Assembly: GCA_008632985.1 (NCBI GenBank)
Contig: QPGO01000007.1
Span: 1-64,000 of the forward strand
Reading direction: 5' to 3'
DNA: 64,000 bases
Source: Psammoneis japonica
Lineage: Eukaryota
Shown: piece after piece, positions 43,504 through 54,228 of the stretch
Position numbering within the stretch: position 1 is the stretch's first letter
Layout: each line of letters opens with the position of its first letter
The notes under the pieces: generated by a model
The model's database searches: none
The model's input: only the letters and a program-made list of their open reading frames with translations
What the model was told of the DNA's origin: nothing
Made by a program: the position numbers and the translations under genes

Positions 43504-44847
43504 CTAAAGGGTTAATTTGATTGTGGCCGTGACAGCAAGTACAAGTGTTGCGATCGAAATGCCGAGAGCCGACGATGCGCTTGGCGCTGTCGTGGGCGTG
43601 CCAGTGTGTTTTCCGCCATGGTGTCCACCACCAGTGTGGTTTCCCATTTCTCCCATGGGTTTTTCAACTGCAGTTTGCAGGTCCACGCACCTAGGAGACA
43701 TCTCCATATCGTCCATTCCGTTCCAGAGCTGACGCGCGTCGTTGGCACAGGCCAAGTCCAGATCTTGAGCCTCACAAGATTCTTGAGTGACGTTCGTCAA
43801 GTTGAAGCATTGATGCCAGCAATAGAATTGTGAGCCAGATTCGCACTCGACATTATTCAAGCTTCGTGCGTGCGTAGAGGAGGAGCAACCAAGTCTGATG
43901 GATTCTTCATTGTCACTCTCAATCATTTGCTGGCGCATCTGACCAAAGCTCTCTTGGTGGACCGGGTGAATAGCATCGCTGGGTGGGAGTACCATTCTAC
44001 CGTACCAAACACGGGGTTCTTGGTGGGCGGGCATGTCGAGAGAATGAGGTGGGATATGAAAGGACTCTTCATTTCTAGCTTGGAGTACGGGGTTCAAGAT
44101 TTGGTTGATGGCGTCTCCAAGGAGAATGGCTACATCGTCTTGCTCTTCAAAGGCAACCATCTCGGCAGATCCGTCGGGAAGTCGGACGTAGAATCCATCG
44201 GAAGGCTGGGATTCAATGAGACCTGGAGTAAAGACCAGAAACAAACCCTGATCAGTATGCCAGTCAAGAGTCGTAGCTTCTCCGTCCTTGTTGTACCGCG
44301 ACCTTTGATAGGAGTGAAAGTGCTCGAGATGTTCGCCCTGCGTGCATAAAGAAGAGATATCACGATACTCTTTGCCTTGTTCAACACTCTTTAGAAGAGG
44401 CTTTTCATCATGTAGGTTCACGACGTCTTGCAAGAGGGAAGCAAAGGCTTCTATTACGGCTTGAACGCGCTTGCGAAAGGCCAGGCTAGCCTCTTCAAAT
44501 GACTCGCAAGAGTCATTCAGGGCATCGAATTGAAAGCCATGCATGTCATCGCGAAACGAATGGGTGGCAAGAGTACGACGTACCGTGCCATCGGGAAAGG
44601 TATGTGTCGCCGCTGTAGGACATTCTTCCATACATTTGGGGAGCAGCGCAAGTGTCTCGAGCTTGCGAAAGGACGGAATATCCGTGACAGTGAGCATGCC
44701 AGAACCTCGGAGAGCGGTGAGGATCGCGTCATGGTTGGCTGCACTCGTCACAAGATTCTTGTAAGATATCCTGGTCGGTGTGAATGAAGCACTTGCAACC
44801 GAGACAAGCCCAAACAGGACGGCAACAATGGAAGTAAAGCGCACCAT
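43504..44847 (-). CDS. Secreted, probably GPI-anchored 2-oxoglutarate/Fe(II) oxygenase-like protein
   Basis: Signal peptide MVRFTSIVAVLFGLVSVASA; HxD motif WHTDQGLFL and distal His (PPHSL); Cys-rich tail; hydrophobic C-terminus. Confidence 0.7.
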   Translation of the reverse strand: MVRFTSIVAVLFGLVSVASASFTPTRISYKNLVTSAANHDAILTALRGSGMLTVTDIPSFRKLETLALLPKCMEECPTAATHTFPDGTVRRTLATHSFRDDMHGFQFDALNDSCESFEEASLAFRKRVQAVIEAFASLLQDVVNLHDEKPLLKSVEQGKEYRDISSLCTQGEHLEHFHSYQRSRYNKDGEATTLDWHTDQGLFLVFTPGLIESQPSDGFYVRLPDGSAEMVAFEEQDDVAILLGDAINQILNPVLQARNEESFHIPPHSLDMPAHQEPRVWYGRMVLPPSDAIHPVHQESFGQMRQQMIESDNEESIRLGCSSSTHARSLNNVECESGSQFYCWHQCFNLTNVTQESCEAQDLDLACANDARQLWNGMDDMEMSPRCVDLQTAVEKPMGEMGNHTGGGHHGGKHTGTPTTAPSASSALGISIATLVLAVTATIKLTL

Positions 44848-45210
44848 TGCGATGGTATGATACATTACTATCAATAAGGAGTTCAAGACACCTCTCAACT
44901 TTTCTCTGTGCAGGATTGAAGCAAAATCATACTCCTGATCGTTTGCAAAATGGCCTATGTATCCTGAAAAGAGAGCAAAGTTTGGCCGGAAAAGCTGGAG
45001 ACCGCACTCGGAGTATCACAGGTGGTAGAGTAACGGGATATGAGTGCTTTTTTATCATCATCTTTAGGGGCTTGTACGTACTTTTCTCAGAAGCATCTTT
45101 TTCTCATTCGTTTCACTCTCAATGGCCAATGGCGGCGGTGACAAGCGACTCTAAGCTCACCTTTCAATCCAATCTCTCTTACAAACAATGTGGAAGCACC
45201 AAGACGAGAG

Positions 45211-47340
45211 ATGAAGGAACCTGAAGAAGAATCTGATGAAAATGAAATTGAGTTACTCAGCAAAGACTTTGAGCCCATGCCGACAGAGACGACAGAGGAT
45301 CTTTCCCCCATCACCAGAGACGGGTTGCACTCCACCAACTCTGGTTTGTCAACGCCAGCTGTCGACCGATGGGAAGGGTGGCGAAATGGTTGGGATGCAC
45401 GTGGTAGAATTAAATTTCCACGTGATCACACGCTTGTAACCGATGGAAATGTTCTCAAATTTAGCATGTGGTCGCTTCAGTTTTCCGTGATTTGTAGTTC
45501 AATCAATACCAAAATGTTGAACCCAAACTATCCTCTCATGGTATCTGGGATCCACCCCGAATCATTTCCAAACACGGATCCTTTTGGATTCAACTCGGCG
45601 ACGTATTTTATTCCAATGATGTCACTCTTGGGTGTAGCCATTAGCTCCCTCTTCATCGGTCGGATCTCGGATCGCGTCGGCCGTAAGAAACCGATTCTTG
45701 TCATGGCTGTGGTGAGCGGATTTGGTTCTATTGTCAAATATCTTGTCAGAGACTCATTCTGGGGATTCTGTGTAGCAAACTTGGTCTTTGGTTTCTTCCT
45801 CGGGAATCTGCCGATAGCACTGGCATACGTGGGAGACGTTTTTACGAGCAAGAAGGAAAAGCAAAGTCGTATCGGGACGCTTGTTGGTAATTTTGTTCTG
45901 GGAAATGCCGGAGGGGGGATGATTGCTATTTTAATGCAAAATTCAGGTCTCTTTTCACCGCTGTGGGTGGGAGCAGGACTGATGTTTCTCAGCGCAATAA
46001 TCACAACGTTTTACTTGATTGAACCAGGAGATGTTCGTCTCGTGCCAGTTGGCAGTGATGCGCTCATCGAAGAGGAAGAGGAAGCAGATATCCGACCGAC
46101 CGAAATCAACAAGCCCGTAATGTGGAATGTGGTTGGAGGTGCGCTTTTTGACAATTTCGGGTCGACGGCACTCTTTCCGCTGTGCCTATCGCCACTTGCT
46201 CTCGAACAGTACTTATTTGACTTGGTCCGAAACAATAAGGAGCCGATAATGTCATATGTTGGATACCAGTGGCTCTCTGTCTGTGTAGCGCTTTTGGTGA
46301 TCCCATCAACATTTGTAACACCATTTCTCTTTTCCAAGCTTGGTTGTGGTGGCACCTGTGTCCTTGGAAACATTTGCACGGCTGTCGTGACATTGGCGCT
46401 CCTCTTGATTGGCAACGGGCCTCAAACGTCAGCTGCTTTTGCTGGCTTTGTCACGGTTCTGTACACTGGCTTTCCAACCACGGTATGGAGTCAGTTGACC
46501 ACTGGACCGATGCTAGATGTATTGGCACCCGAAGACAAGATTGGGTATGTTCAGGGTCTGAACAACTCGACAATGAACTTTGGCATGGCGATTGCACCGT
46601 GGCTATACGGCCTCCTTGCCGACGCTACTGCTACAAACACGGCAATTGGAGTTGGTATTGGTATTAGCTGTTTGGCGGCTGTTGTCAATGCACCCCTTGT
46701 TTGCCGCCCAGAAATGGGACCATTAGCAAAAAAGCAGCCGCCCGAGTTGCGAATCCTGCCCGGAGAAGACGAGGAGCTGGTGGAAAAGGCACTTCATGGT
46801 GAAATCATTCCAGCCGAACAACTATTTGAGCTTAATCGCCGGAGAGCATTGAAAAAGAAGCCGGCCATTGTTGGCGCGGTCAAACCGTATGACGAGGAAA
46901 AGGATTCGCTAGACGAACTACGTGCTCAGGCGGCGGATAACTTCCGCTTCCGCAAAGAATTACAGAGTCAAGTTCTTTCGGAATTAGCCAACCCTGACAG
47001 GGAACGAGACGCCTCGGAATTGTGCGAAATGCTAAATGCGACGGTTTCGGGTGACCCACAAGTTATTAAGGAACACACGGACGCCCTTGGAATTTGGATT
47101 AGCGACTACCTCATGGACAACGGCTATCACCCACATTTGTCCAGCACAAGCATAAAACAAATGGTGCTATTGGCTTTTCCCTCCATTACGCGTGACACTG
47201 AGTATACTCCAGAAAATATTTCTCAAGCCTTGATTAGTCGAGAGCAAATATTCTCCACGTATCTGGAGGGTTACGAGAAGAAAAACTATCCGTACGGACG
47301 CATCTTTGGAAATGGTGCCAGGCCTCAGTTCTACTCTTGA
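45211..47340 (+). CDS. Major facilitator superfamily transporter with C-terminal extension
   Basis: Motif A GRISDRVGRK and about 12 hydrophobic segments; start uncertain. Confidence 0.88.
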   Translation: MKEPEEESDENEIELLSKDFEPMPTETTEDLSPITRDGLHSTNSGLSTPAVDRWEGWRNGWDARGRIKFPRDHTLVTDGNVLKFSMWSLQFSVICSSINTKMLNPNYPLMVSGIHPESFPNTDPFGFNSATYFIPMMSLLGVAISSLFIGRISDRVGRKKPILVMAVVSGFGSIVKYLVRDSFWGFCVANLVFGFFLGNLPIALAYVGDVFTSKKEKQSRIGTLVGNFVLGNAGGGMIAILMQNSGLFSPLWVGAGLMFLSAIITTFYLIEPGDVRLVPVGSDALIEEEEEADIRPTEINKPVMWNVVGGALFDNFGSTALFPLCLSPLALEQYLFDLVRNNKEPIMSYVGYQWLSVCVALLVIPSTFVTPFLFSKLGCGGTCVLGNICTAVVTLALLLIGNGPQTSAAFAGFVTVLYTGFPTTVWSQLTTGPMLDVLAPEDKIGYVQGLNNSTMNFGMAIAPWLYGLLADATATNTAIGVGIGISCLAAVVNAPLVCRPEMGPLAKKQPPELRILPGEDEELVEKALHGEIIPAEQLFELNRRRALKKKPAIVGAVKPYDEEKDSLDELRAQAADNFRFRKELQSQVLSELANPDRERDASELCEMLNATVSGDPQVIKEHTDALGIWISDYLMDNGYHPHLSSTSIKQMVLLAFPSITRDTEYTPENISQALISREQIFSTYLEGYEKKNYPYGRIFGNGARPQFYS

Positions 47341-47776
47341 AAAATGACGGCTTTGCATGTCCTCTCGGCGGTGATTAATGAATGTACTTCTGACGGGAGC
47401 AACCTATGATGAAGGAATATCAGGCGTCGATGTGTACCTGCAACTTGGACCATGCACGAGAGCTGTAATCTGGTTTTTAGTTGTACCGCGAGCGACTGTT
47501 CCGCTTCCGAACTTGAGACTGAAAGAAGTCCCTCTTCTATTCGTTTCGGAATCCAAATGATCAAGTGGTCAGGACCACCATGAGATACTACAGCTAGATA
47601 GAACGCTTGCAAAATTGTTGTTTTAGATAAGATTGTGGTAATTATAGTACAACAGCACGGTCTGATGATTAGACCATGCTCATGAGAGAGCGAGAGTAAA
47701 ACGGCAAAAAGAGGGGGTCGGTCCTGTCTTGACAAGAATAAACACGACACACACATTTTGGCTTGCCTTTTTCCCT

Positions 47777-49246
47777 TTACAAGTGGCTCATCATGGACGA
47801 CGATTCGTCATTAGTCCTTTTCTTGCCGTAGATTCGAACACGGCTGAGTCCACCGTCGGGATAAATGCTCACACGCACGTGTGTGACGGCACGAGTCGCA
47901 TTGGCAACTTGTCCGACACAAGCATCAAACACGTGTTCTGAATCGGGCGCCATGCGAACTCTTGGAACCAGTGGAAACCACTCTACAAAAGAGGAATCGT
48001 CATCCACCACCTTGGAATCCGTCACACCCCGTTCGGCAAAACACCCCTCCACCAAGACGCTCTCGGGATAGTTGCCACGAAAGTGCTTTGTGTCGAGAAT
48101 GACACGTGCAACACCGTCCATGGCGGGACTGCCCAATTTCAGAATTGCCCAATCGCAGAGTGGGCTGTCAACAAGATTGGTCTTGGGATCCTTTACCAAA
48201 ACGGTAGGACGCTCGGGATGTCTCGCCGTCTCCCAACCGCATCCCATGTCTCGGCCCAGCGTCGACTGAATCAACTTGGAGGGTTCGCCATAATGCTTGT
48301 TGGAACAACCAATGCCGACACCACCATTGGCCGATGCGGATAGCTCGGGATATTCGTAGGGAAGTCTCGAGGGAACCATGTCGGTAGAAGAGTGGCTCAC
48401 CACTGTACAAATCTTGCCCGTGGAAATGGGAGAATACATTGGCTTGGTTGTCCTTGAGCTCTCGGGTGCAGGTGTACTCCAGAGTCGCATGCGAGCGACA
48501 CCACCGTCGGGATAATAATTGACACGAACATGAGTCCCCACCATGGCCGTAGGAAGTGTAAAGTAATGCATGCGGGTTTCTTCATAGCCTGGATTGAGAG
48601 AGGTCATGGGCAAGAGTTCCTTCCACTCTTGATTACGACATGCTTGTTCCGCTTGATGAACTTCTTCCGGAGTGTGTCCCGTGCCTTGAATCATGGCGTT
48701 GCGGTGCAAGAGTCGATCCAAAACACCGGGAATCCCCGTCACCATGGCTGCTTCCTTGGAGGACGTCAAATCAGCAATTTCAATCGATAAATGCGGCACG
48801 TGGTTGCCCGTAAAGTGCGCTGTGTCGAGTTCAATCGCACTAATGTTGGCACGCTTGGCGAGTTTAATTAGACACCAGTCATGACCAGCTTCTCGTCGAC
48901 GACGTGTTTCAAATCCGTCCATGACTTTACCCTCGTTGCAATAGGCGTCCGGGTCAAATTGGGGAGCACTGTCTTGGAGTAAATGATCGGCCGATGCAAA
49001 CCACTCGTCCGTGGCAAACAAAACTTGAGCGCCGGCATGGGATGAAGCGACATTGTCGAGATGAGCGTACGGAGATGGCGGCGCAACGTTCTTGGCGGGT
49101 GTGCTAGCAGTAGCAGTACTAGAAACGGGCTTGCTGGTTACTGCAGAAACAACAACACGTTCTTGTTGCGGTTCTGCCTTGTTGGGGGTGTTCAGATAGG
49201 CTAGCTGTGAAACAACTTCATTGACAGAGTTTTTTGTAGCGAGCAT
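47777..49246 (-). CDS. ALLC: Allantoicase
   Basis: Two allantoicase repeats: FATDEWFA, MDGFETRRRR..GHDW, DTAHFTGN, YPDGGVARMR; GWETAR, DTKHFRGNYP, YPDGGLSRVR. Confidence 0.95.
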   Translation of the reverse strand: MLATKNSVNEVVSQLAYLNTPNKAEPQQERVVVSAVTSKPVSSTATASTPAKNVAPPSPYAHLDNVASSHAGAQVLFATDEWFASADHLLQDSAPQFDPDAYCNEGKVMDGFETRRRREAGHDWCLIKLAKRANISAIELDTAHFTGNHVPHLSIEIADLTSSKEAAMVTGIPGVLDRLLHRNAMIQGTGHTPEEVHQAEQACRNQEWKELLPMTSLNPGYEETRMHYFTLPTAMVGTHVRVNYYPDGGVARMRLWSTPAPESSRTTKPMYSPISTGKICTVVSHSSTDMVPSRLPYEYPELSASANGGVGIGCSNKHYGEPSKLIQSTLGRDMGCGWETARHPERPTVLVKDPKTNLVDSPLCDWAILKLGSPAMDGVARVILDTKHFRGNYPESVLVEGCFAERGVTDSKVVDDDSSFVEWFPLVPRVRMAPDSEHVFDACVGQVANATRAVTHVRVSIYPDGGLSRVRIYGKKRTNDESSSMMSHL

Positions 49247-49883
49247 GTTCTAAGAGTGTATGGTAGGCTAGAAAGAGATAGAGAGAGTTAAGGAGATTGA
49301 CAGTTTACTGTCGTTGCGGCAAATCGGAATTCTTTTTTATGATGTGTGCGTTTCGTTTCGGTTCTTGCTTCCCAGAGATGAAACGGAGTTTCGATGTTCT
49401 TTTTGTTCTCGTTTCGCTCAAAAAATGAGGGACAATACTGCATTACGGACGTGAGCGAGACGCCTACGTATTGTCTGGTATATTTCTATCGTTGCGTTAA
49501 TTGAGAGAGGTGCGTCAGAGGCATGATAGCCAATCAAAACGTCAAGGTGGTGCACGAGCGCCGGCCCAGTCAATAGTGCAACAATGATACCTATATAGAA
49601 TGAATAACTTACATAAATGTCAAATAAAACGTATTCAGCACTAATATTATATTATCTGTTCAGAATTTTACTTCAACATTCGGACAAATTCTACGGCGAA
49701 ACTCTTGCGTCATTTTGACGTGGAAAATGTCCAAACGCGCGAACGTCGCGCGACAAAGACTCTTCGAAACTCTGAAAGGTCGCTGTACCGCACTCACGTA
49801 GAATTCTACTTGTGGGGGCGTTCAACAACGGGAATACGACACACATTGTTCACCAAGACGGGCCGGGAGCAAGCAGCAGCACC

Positions 49884-52268
49884 ATGAACGGGTCCTACGC
49901 ACCGTTCGACCTGGATGCCTTTTCCAATGGCTATCAACAGCAGTCGCCTCAGCAGCAACCACAGTATCAGCAGGGAATAGCACAGCCATGTTATGAAACG
50001 TATGATCCTCAACATCAGCAACAACCCGTGGTCTTTGACAACCGCCTGTACAATTCTACAGGTCACCATACTGTGCTGCAGCCGGCGCCTGTGTTGGGCG
50101 AGTATTCGTTGGAAGCCGACCCGCTTGTTGTGATACAACAACAACACCGACAGCAACAACAAAATGCAACGACGACGACGACGACGTGGGCAACAGCATC
50201 TACTACTACTACGATTCCTCCTACAATTGATCCTCATTTAGAAGCGTTTGCTCATTCGTTTGCAGCAGACGATGATGATGTGATTTTGTCCCCAACACCG
50301 CTGAGCAGCATGTTGCTACAACAACAACCTGTACAAAATCATTCTCGCAAAATATCTCATACCGAAGAATGGCTCGAAAAAATTTCGATTGATGTTTCGG
50401 GTGTGTCGTTAGAACCCATGACGGGCACACAAATAGTCGAACGAGTCAAGACGCGAACAAGCGAAGTGCAGCGACGCTATTTGCCCTGTGTGGATTTTCT
50501 CGTGTCGTGTCAGCAAGAATTACGTGCAGGACTGGCGGCTGCCACGCAGCAACGCCGTTATCATCATCGCGGCGGCATGACGCCACGGCAGTTTTATCAG
50601 CGGTATTTAGAACCGCTCGGTGCCAAGTTTTTGCAACATAACCACGGAAAGATGGAGGTGCAGCATTTGAATCAAGCACTGGCGGAAATCAAACATCTGT
50701 GTGGCAATGCGAAAAAGGCTGAATATCAGGGATGTGAGGGCATGAAGAATGCGTTTTTGGGTGGGATGAAGGATGGAGAATCGTGGGGATTGCGCAAGTG
50801 GTTATCCAAACACGGTGGGGCGCTTTCGATTTGCAACGATTTGGAATGCATTTTGACGGCAGTCCAGAAAATGGATCGTAATGCAGAAAACACTCGCAGG
50901 CTCGCCGAGCGACTGAGACCCATGGCCAAGAGAACGTTTGATTTGTTGAAACGAGACGTGCCGGATTCGTATCAAGAACAGAGTTCGGCTCATCCGTATT
51001 TGCCTTTTTTTCATCGACTCGAGTGTGCCTTGCGTGGTGTTTCTAATTTTGACCCAGAGGATGACGATGTGATTTGTATTGACGATGACGATGAAGTTCA
51101 TGAAGTAAAGAAAAAAGCGGCTAGCAGCCCAGCCAAGAGGAAAGCGGAAGTAATGAGTCAGGGACAAGCCAAGCGAAGGAAATCAGAGATTGGTGAGAGC
51201 AGCGTCGTGACGACGACAGCAAAAGCTCGTGGTCCCCTTCATACTATTACCGAGGGCGGAGATGTTTCGGACGATGACAGCGATATCGAAGTTGTTGGAG
51301 TCTCGGGACCCGGCAGAAAAGGTATCGTCGCTGCGCCAACCCCACCGCCTGCTCCGGCGGCAGCACCGGTAGCGAAGAAGAGGTCCACCCAGCCCCTACG
51401 GTGTACACGGTGTACCATGCTCAATGCGGCCTCTAGCACAAAGTGTTGCATGTGTGATCAACCCTTTGATAAGAGTGGCAGCTATGAAGTGGAAGAGGAC
51501 AACCACTATGACGATTCGGAAACTTTTAGTGATTTTGCCGAGATTCCGGGTATGGAGGAAACCACTGCAACACTTGCAGAAGAATTTTGGGGCACAGCAG
51601 ACGGCTTGGCGACGGGTACTTCTACCGCTATTTCCACATCTACCGAGGATTCGAATTCGTCCATGACGGCGGGTGAAATGGTGCTCTTTATTGAGAACTT
51701 GGCGTTTTTGTTTGAAACTAATCAGCAAGGCACGGTTGTTCCCATAAAGTTGGACAGCTCGTGCTTTTGGAACTCGCGAGTCCAATACGCGAGCGCTCTT
51801 CGATTGTTTGCTTCCATCTTGCAAAAGCGCGACGCACAACAGTTTCTTGATCCGATCGATGAAGTGCTTTTGGTGGCCGCCGGAAAGCCGCTTTATGGGG
51901 ATTTGATTCGACATTCGATTTGCTTCCGAGACATTTGCACGGCCTTGCAGAGAGACGGCAAACTTCCGACAGAGTCGTCCTTGAAGTGGAACATGTGGAA
52001 AGGAAAAGATTTGTTGCAAGCTATCGACTTGGTGTTTGTGAATTCTCTTGCTTACAACGGCAAGGAAAGGACTAAACAACGGTCCCAAACAAACGCCTTG
52101 CGGAAAAGCTTGTGGGATGGTATAAATTCTACAATAACGTCGGTGCTTGGCGACAATCCAGAGCATCGACGACAATGCTTGCCAACAAGACGAGGGGAGT
52201 CGAGTGGTTTTGTCGTTCACAAGCAACAGCAACCGGCGACACCTACTTTTGATTCTTTTTCGCTTTAG
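49884..52268 (+). CDS. Nuclear protein with RanBP2-type zinc finger and C-terminal atypical bromodomain
   Basis: CTRCTMLNAASSTKCCMCD; QFLDPID...PLYGDLIRHSICFRDI...IDLVFVNSLAYN; Q-rich N-terminus; NLS-like KRK motifs. Confidence 0.75.
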   Translation: MNGSYAPFDLDAFSNGYQQQSPQQQPQYQQGIAQPCYETYDPQHQQQPVVFDNRLYNSTGHHTVLQPAPVLGEYSLEADPLVVIQQQHRQQQQNATTTTTTWATASTTTTIPPTIDPHLEAFAHSFAADDDDVILSPTPLSSMLLQQQPVQNHSRKISHTEEWLEKISIDVSGVSLEPMTGTQIVERVKTRTSEVQRRYLPCVDFLVSCQQELRAGLAAATQQRRYHHRGGMTPRQFYQRYLEPLGAKFLQHNHGKMEVQHLNQALAEIKHLCGNAKKAEYQGCEGMKNAFLGGMKDGESWGLRKWLSKHGGALSICNDLECILTAVQKMDRNAENTRRLAERLRPMAKRTFDLLKRDVPDSYQEQSSAHPYLPFFHRLECALRGVSNFDPEDDDVICIDDDDEVHEVKKKAASSPAKRKAEVMSQGQAKRRKSEIGESSVVTTTAKARGPLHTITEGGDVSDDDSDIEVVGVSGPGRKGIVAAPTPPPAPAAAPVAKKRSTQPLRCTRCTMLNAASSTKCCMCDQPFDKSGSYEVEEDNHYDDSETFSDFAEIPGMEETTATLAEEFWGTADGLATGTSTAISTSTEDSNSSMTAGEMVLFIENLAFLFETNQQGTVVPIKLDSSCFWNSRVQYASALRLFASILQKRDAQQFLDPIDEVLLVAAGKPLYGDLIRHSICFRDICTALQRDGKLPTESSLKWNMWKGKDLLQAIDLVFVNSLAYNGKERTKQRSQTNALRKSLWDGINSTITSVLGDNPEHRRQCLPTRRGESSGFVVHKQQQPATPTFDSFSL

Positions 52269-52972
52269 TGACCTGCCTGCCTGCCTGTGATGGGTGTGAG
52301 CAGCACTCGTTATTTTGCTTCCGAGTCGTCGTGTGTGATTGATTCGCCGAAATCGTAAAGAGATTATCATTGTATGGACAATACCGACACCTACTTACTA
52401 CAGACCGGAGAACGGACGAACTGCTCGCCAGTACAATGACGATTTTGGTTCCAGTCGCTCGGTCCTAATTTCTACTGCTAGAAACTAACTTCGTACACAG
52501 CTAGGTAGGTGTGGACACCATTTATACGTCGTAGGTGGTCTCTGCTTATCTACTGCACCGGAATGGTTCGACAATACCTCCACCGGCCCTGCCCGGGCTA
52601 GAGTTGTTCGTAGCTCTGTTGAAACCACGAGAGCCGAATCTGCGAGTGCTAGACTAGTTGCGTCAAGGTGAGGCAGTAAACATGGTGTTGTTGGTTCATC
52701 ATAAGTTTCTTTTTGCGATTCAAACACCAGGCGAACGTCACGAATACGACTGGATTTTCGATTTTGTTCATCGCGAGGTGACTGCAAGTCAAGGGCGACC
52801 TTCTGATGACGGGAGCAAGATGCAAAGGAGGTGTTACACAAAGCGCTACTCCACTGTGGGTCGAGCTGTCTTATCCTGGTTCAGGTCTCATCAGACGGTG
52901 TGCACTATCAAATATTTTTTGCCATACGTAGATCTCAATGAAAAACGATATCTACAGTAAGCAAATGCAAGC

Positions 52973-53806
52973 CTACTGCAGCTCTGCTAGTTTCCTTTCA
53001 AGTTCCTTCACTGCCGTCTCAGCCGCGTGCCACTGCTGATCCAGGGTACGTCGCTCCTGCTCTACCTTTTTCAACTCTGGTTCAATGTCACGCAATTCTC
53101 GAAAGTACAGATCGACCTCAGCTTTGTATCCGGCGCGTCTTTGTCGCAATTCTTCCATTTCTTGACTTTTACGAGCGCGGACTCGTCGAGGATTGTCAAT
53201 TTCCCGCTTTATACTCCCGTCGTGATCGTGCGCAGCATATCGTTGCTCGTATTCGTCCAGCATACGTTGCGTTCGTTCCCAATACGCCAAAAAGGCTTGC
53301 TCTTCCTGGTCGATTCGACCAATCACATCCTGAAGTTCCGGCATGCGGTGGTTCTTGAAATGCTTCAACTTTTCCAAGTACGCTTGCAAGTCCTGAGAGT
53401 AAGTTTCCTTTTGATGCAGTGCTTCTGCCAAATCATCACGAAGCCGAATCGCCTCGCTCAATTTGGATTGGAAATGAGTCCTGGCTCGTCGTTGTTGATT
53501 CCGTTTCAGTTCCTGTTCCCAAGCTTCCCTTGCCTTTTGGTTCTTGTCCATGGCATTCTGGAACCGCTGTTGGAAGGCTTCCAAATCTGCTTTGGCCATG
53601 CGTTCTAGTTCGTTCTGGACCAACTCGAACGACACTGTTGGATTCTTGATGGCCGCCATTTTCGTGACGAGGTCCACAAACTGTTCATAGTAACTGGGTA
53701 CCTGGTATCCATACTCCTCGGCAACACGTAAATACGGATCAAGGGTATCCGTGAAGTCTTTGAGTTGTTCAAAGATTTCCAATGTTTCCAATACAACGGG
53801 TGGCAT
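52973..53806 (-). CDS. Coiled-coil protein of unknown function
   Basis: Intact 277-aa ORF, E/Q/R/K-rich heptad pattern. Confidence 0.7.
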   Translation of the reverse strand: MPPVVLETLEIFEQLKDFTDTLDPYLRVAEEYGYQVPSYYEQFVDLVTKMAAIKNPTVSFELVQNELERMAKADLEAFQQRFQNAMDKNQKAREAWEQELKRNQQRRARTHFQSKLSEAIRLRDDLAEALHQKETYSQDLQAYLEKLKHFKNHRMPELQDVIGRIDQEEQAFLAYWERTQRMLDEYEQRYAAHDHDGSIKREIDNPRRVRARKSQEMEELRQRRAGYKAEVDLYFRELRDIEPELKKVEQERRTLDQQWHAAETAVKELERKLAELQ

Positions 53807-53841
53807 GATGGTTTCAGTTTGGCGTTTTGCTTTTTTGTGGC

Positions 53842-53998
53842 ATTACCTGGTATCGTTTTTTCGCATTTTGGTCGGGGTTCAGTGCGAGTCGAGGGAAATG
53901 CGAGTCGAGGGAAATAGTACTCCTCTGCACATTACACCTGGTATCGTCTTTTCGCATTTTGGTCGGGGTTCAATCGAGTCGAGGGAAATACCCGTACT
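53842..53998. repeat. ~90-bp tandem duplication in a divergent promoter region
   Basis: acctggtatcgt.tttt.cgcattttggtcggggttca...cgagtcgagggaaat occurs twice; cgagtcgagggaaat occurs three times. Confidence 0.85.
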
Positions 53999-54228
53999 CG
54001 ATTGCACGAGTCTCGGGGTGGATACGCATCTCAGATCTCAGTCGTGCTTCGCACGACTCGATCGCGGGCGATCGTATCATACTTGAAATACCGGAAGTAC
54101 TGCATGTATGTATGGTAGCTATTACTTTTGTTGATGTCTCACTCACTCCATAAAAATGGAATTGTGCAAAGAATCTCATCAATACAACAAGACATTCCTG
54201 TGAAACTACAAGGGAAGACGATTCGACC

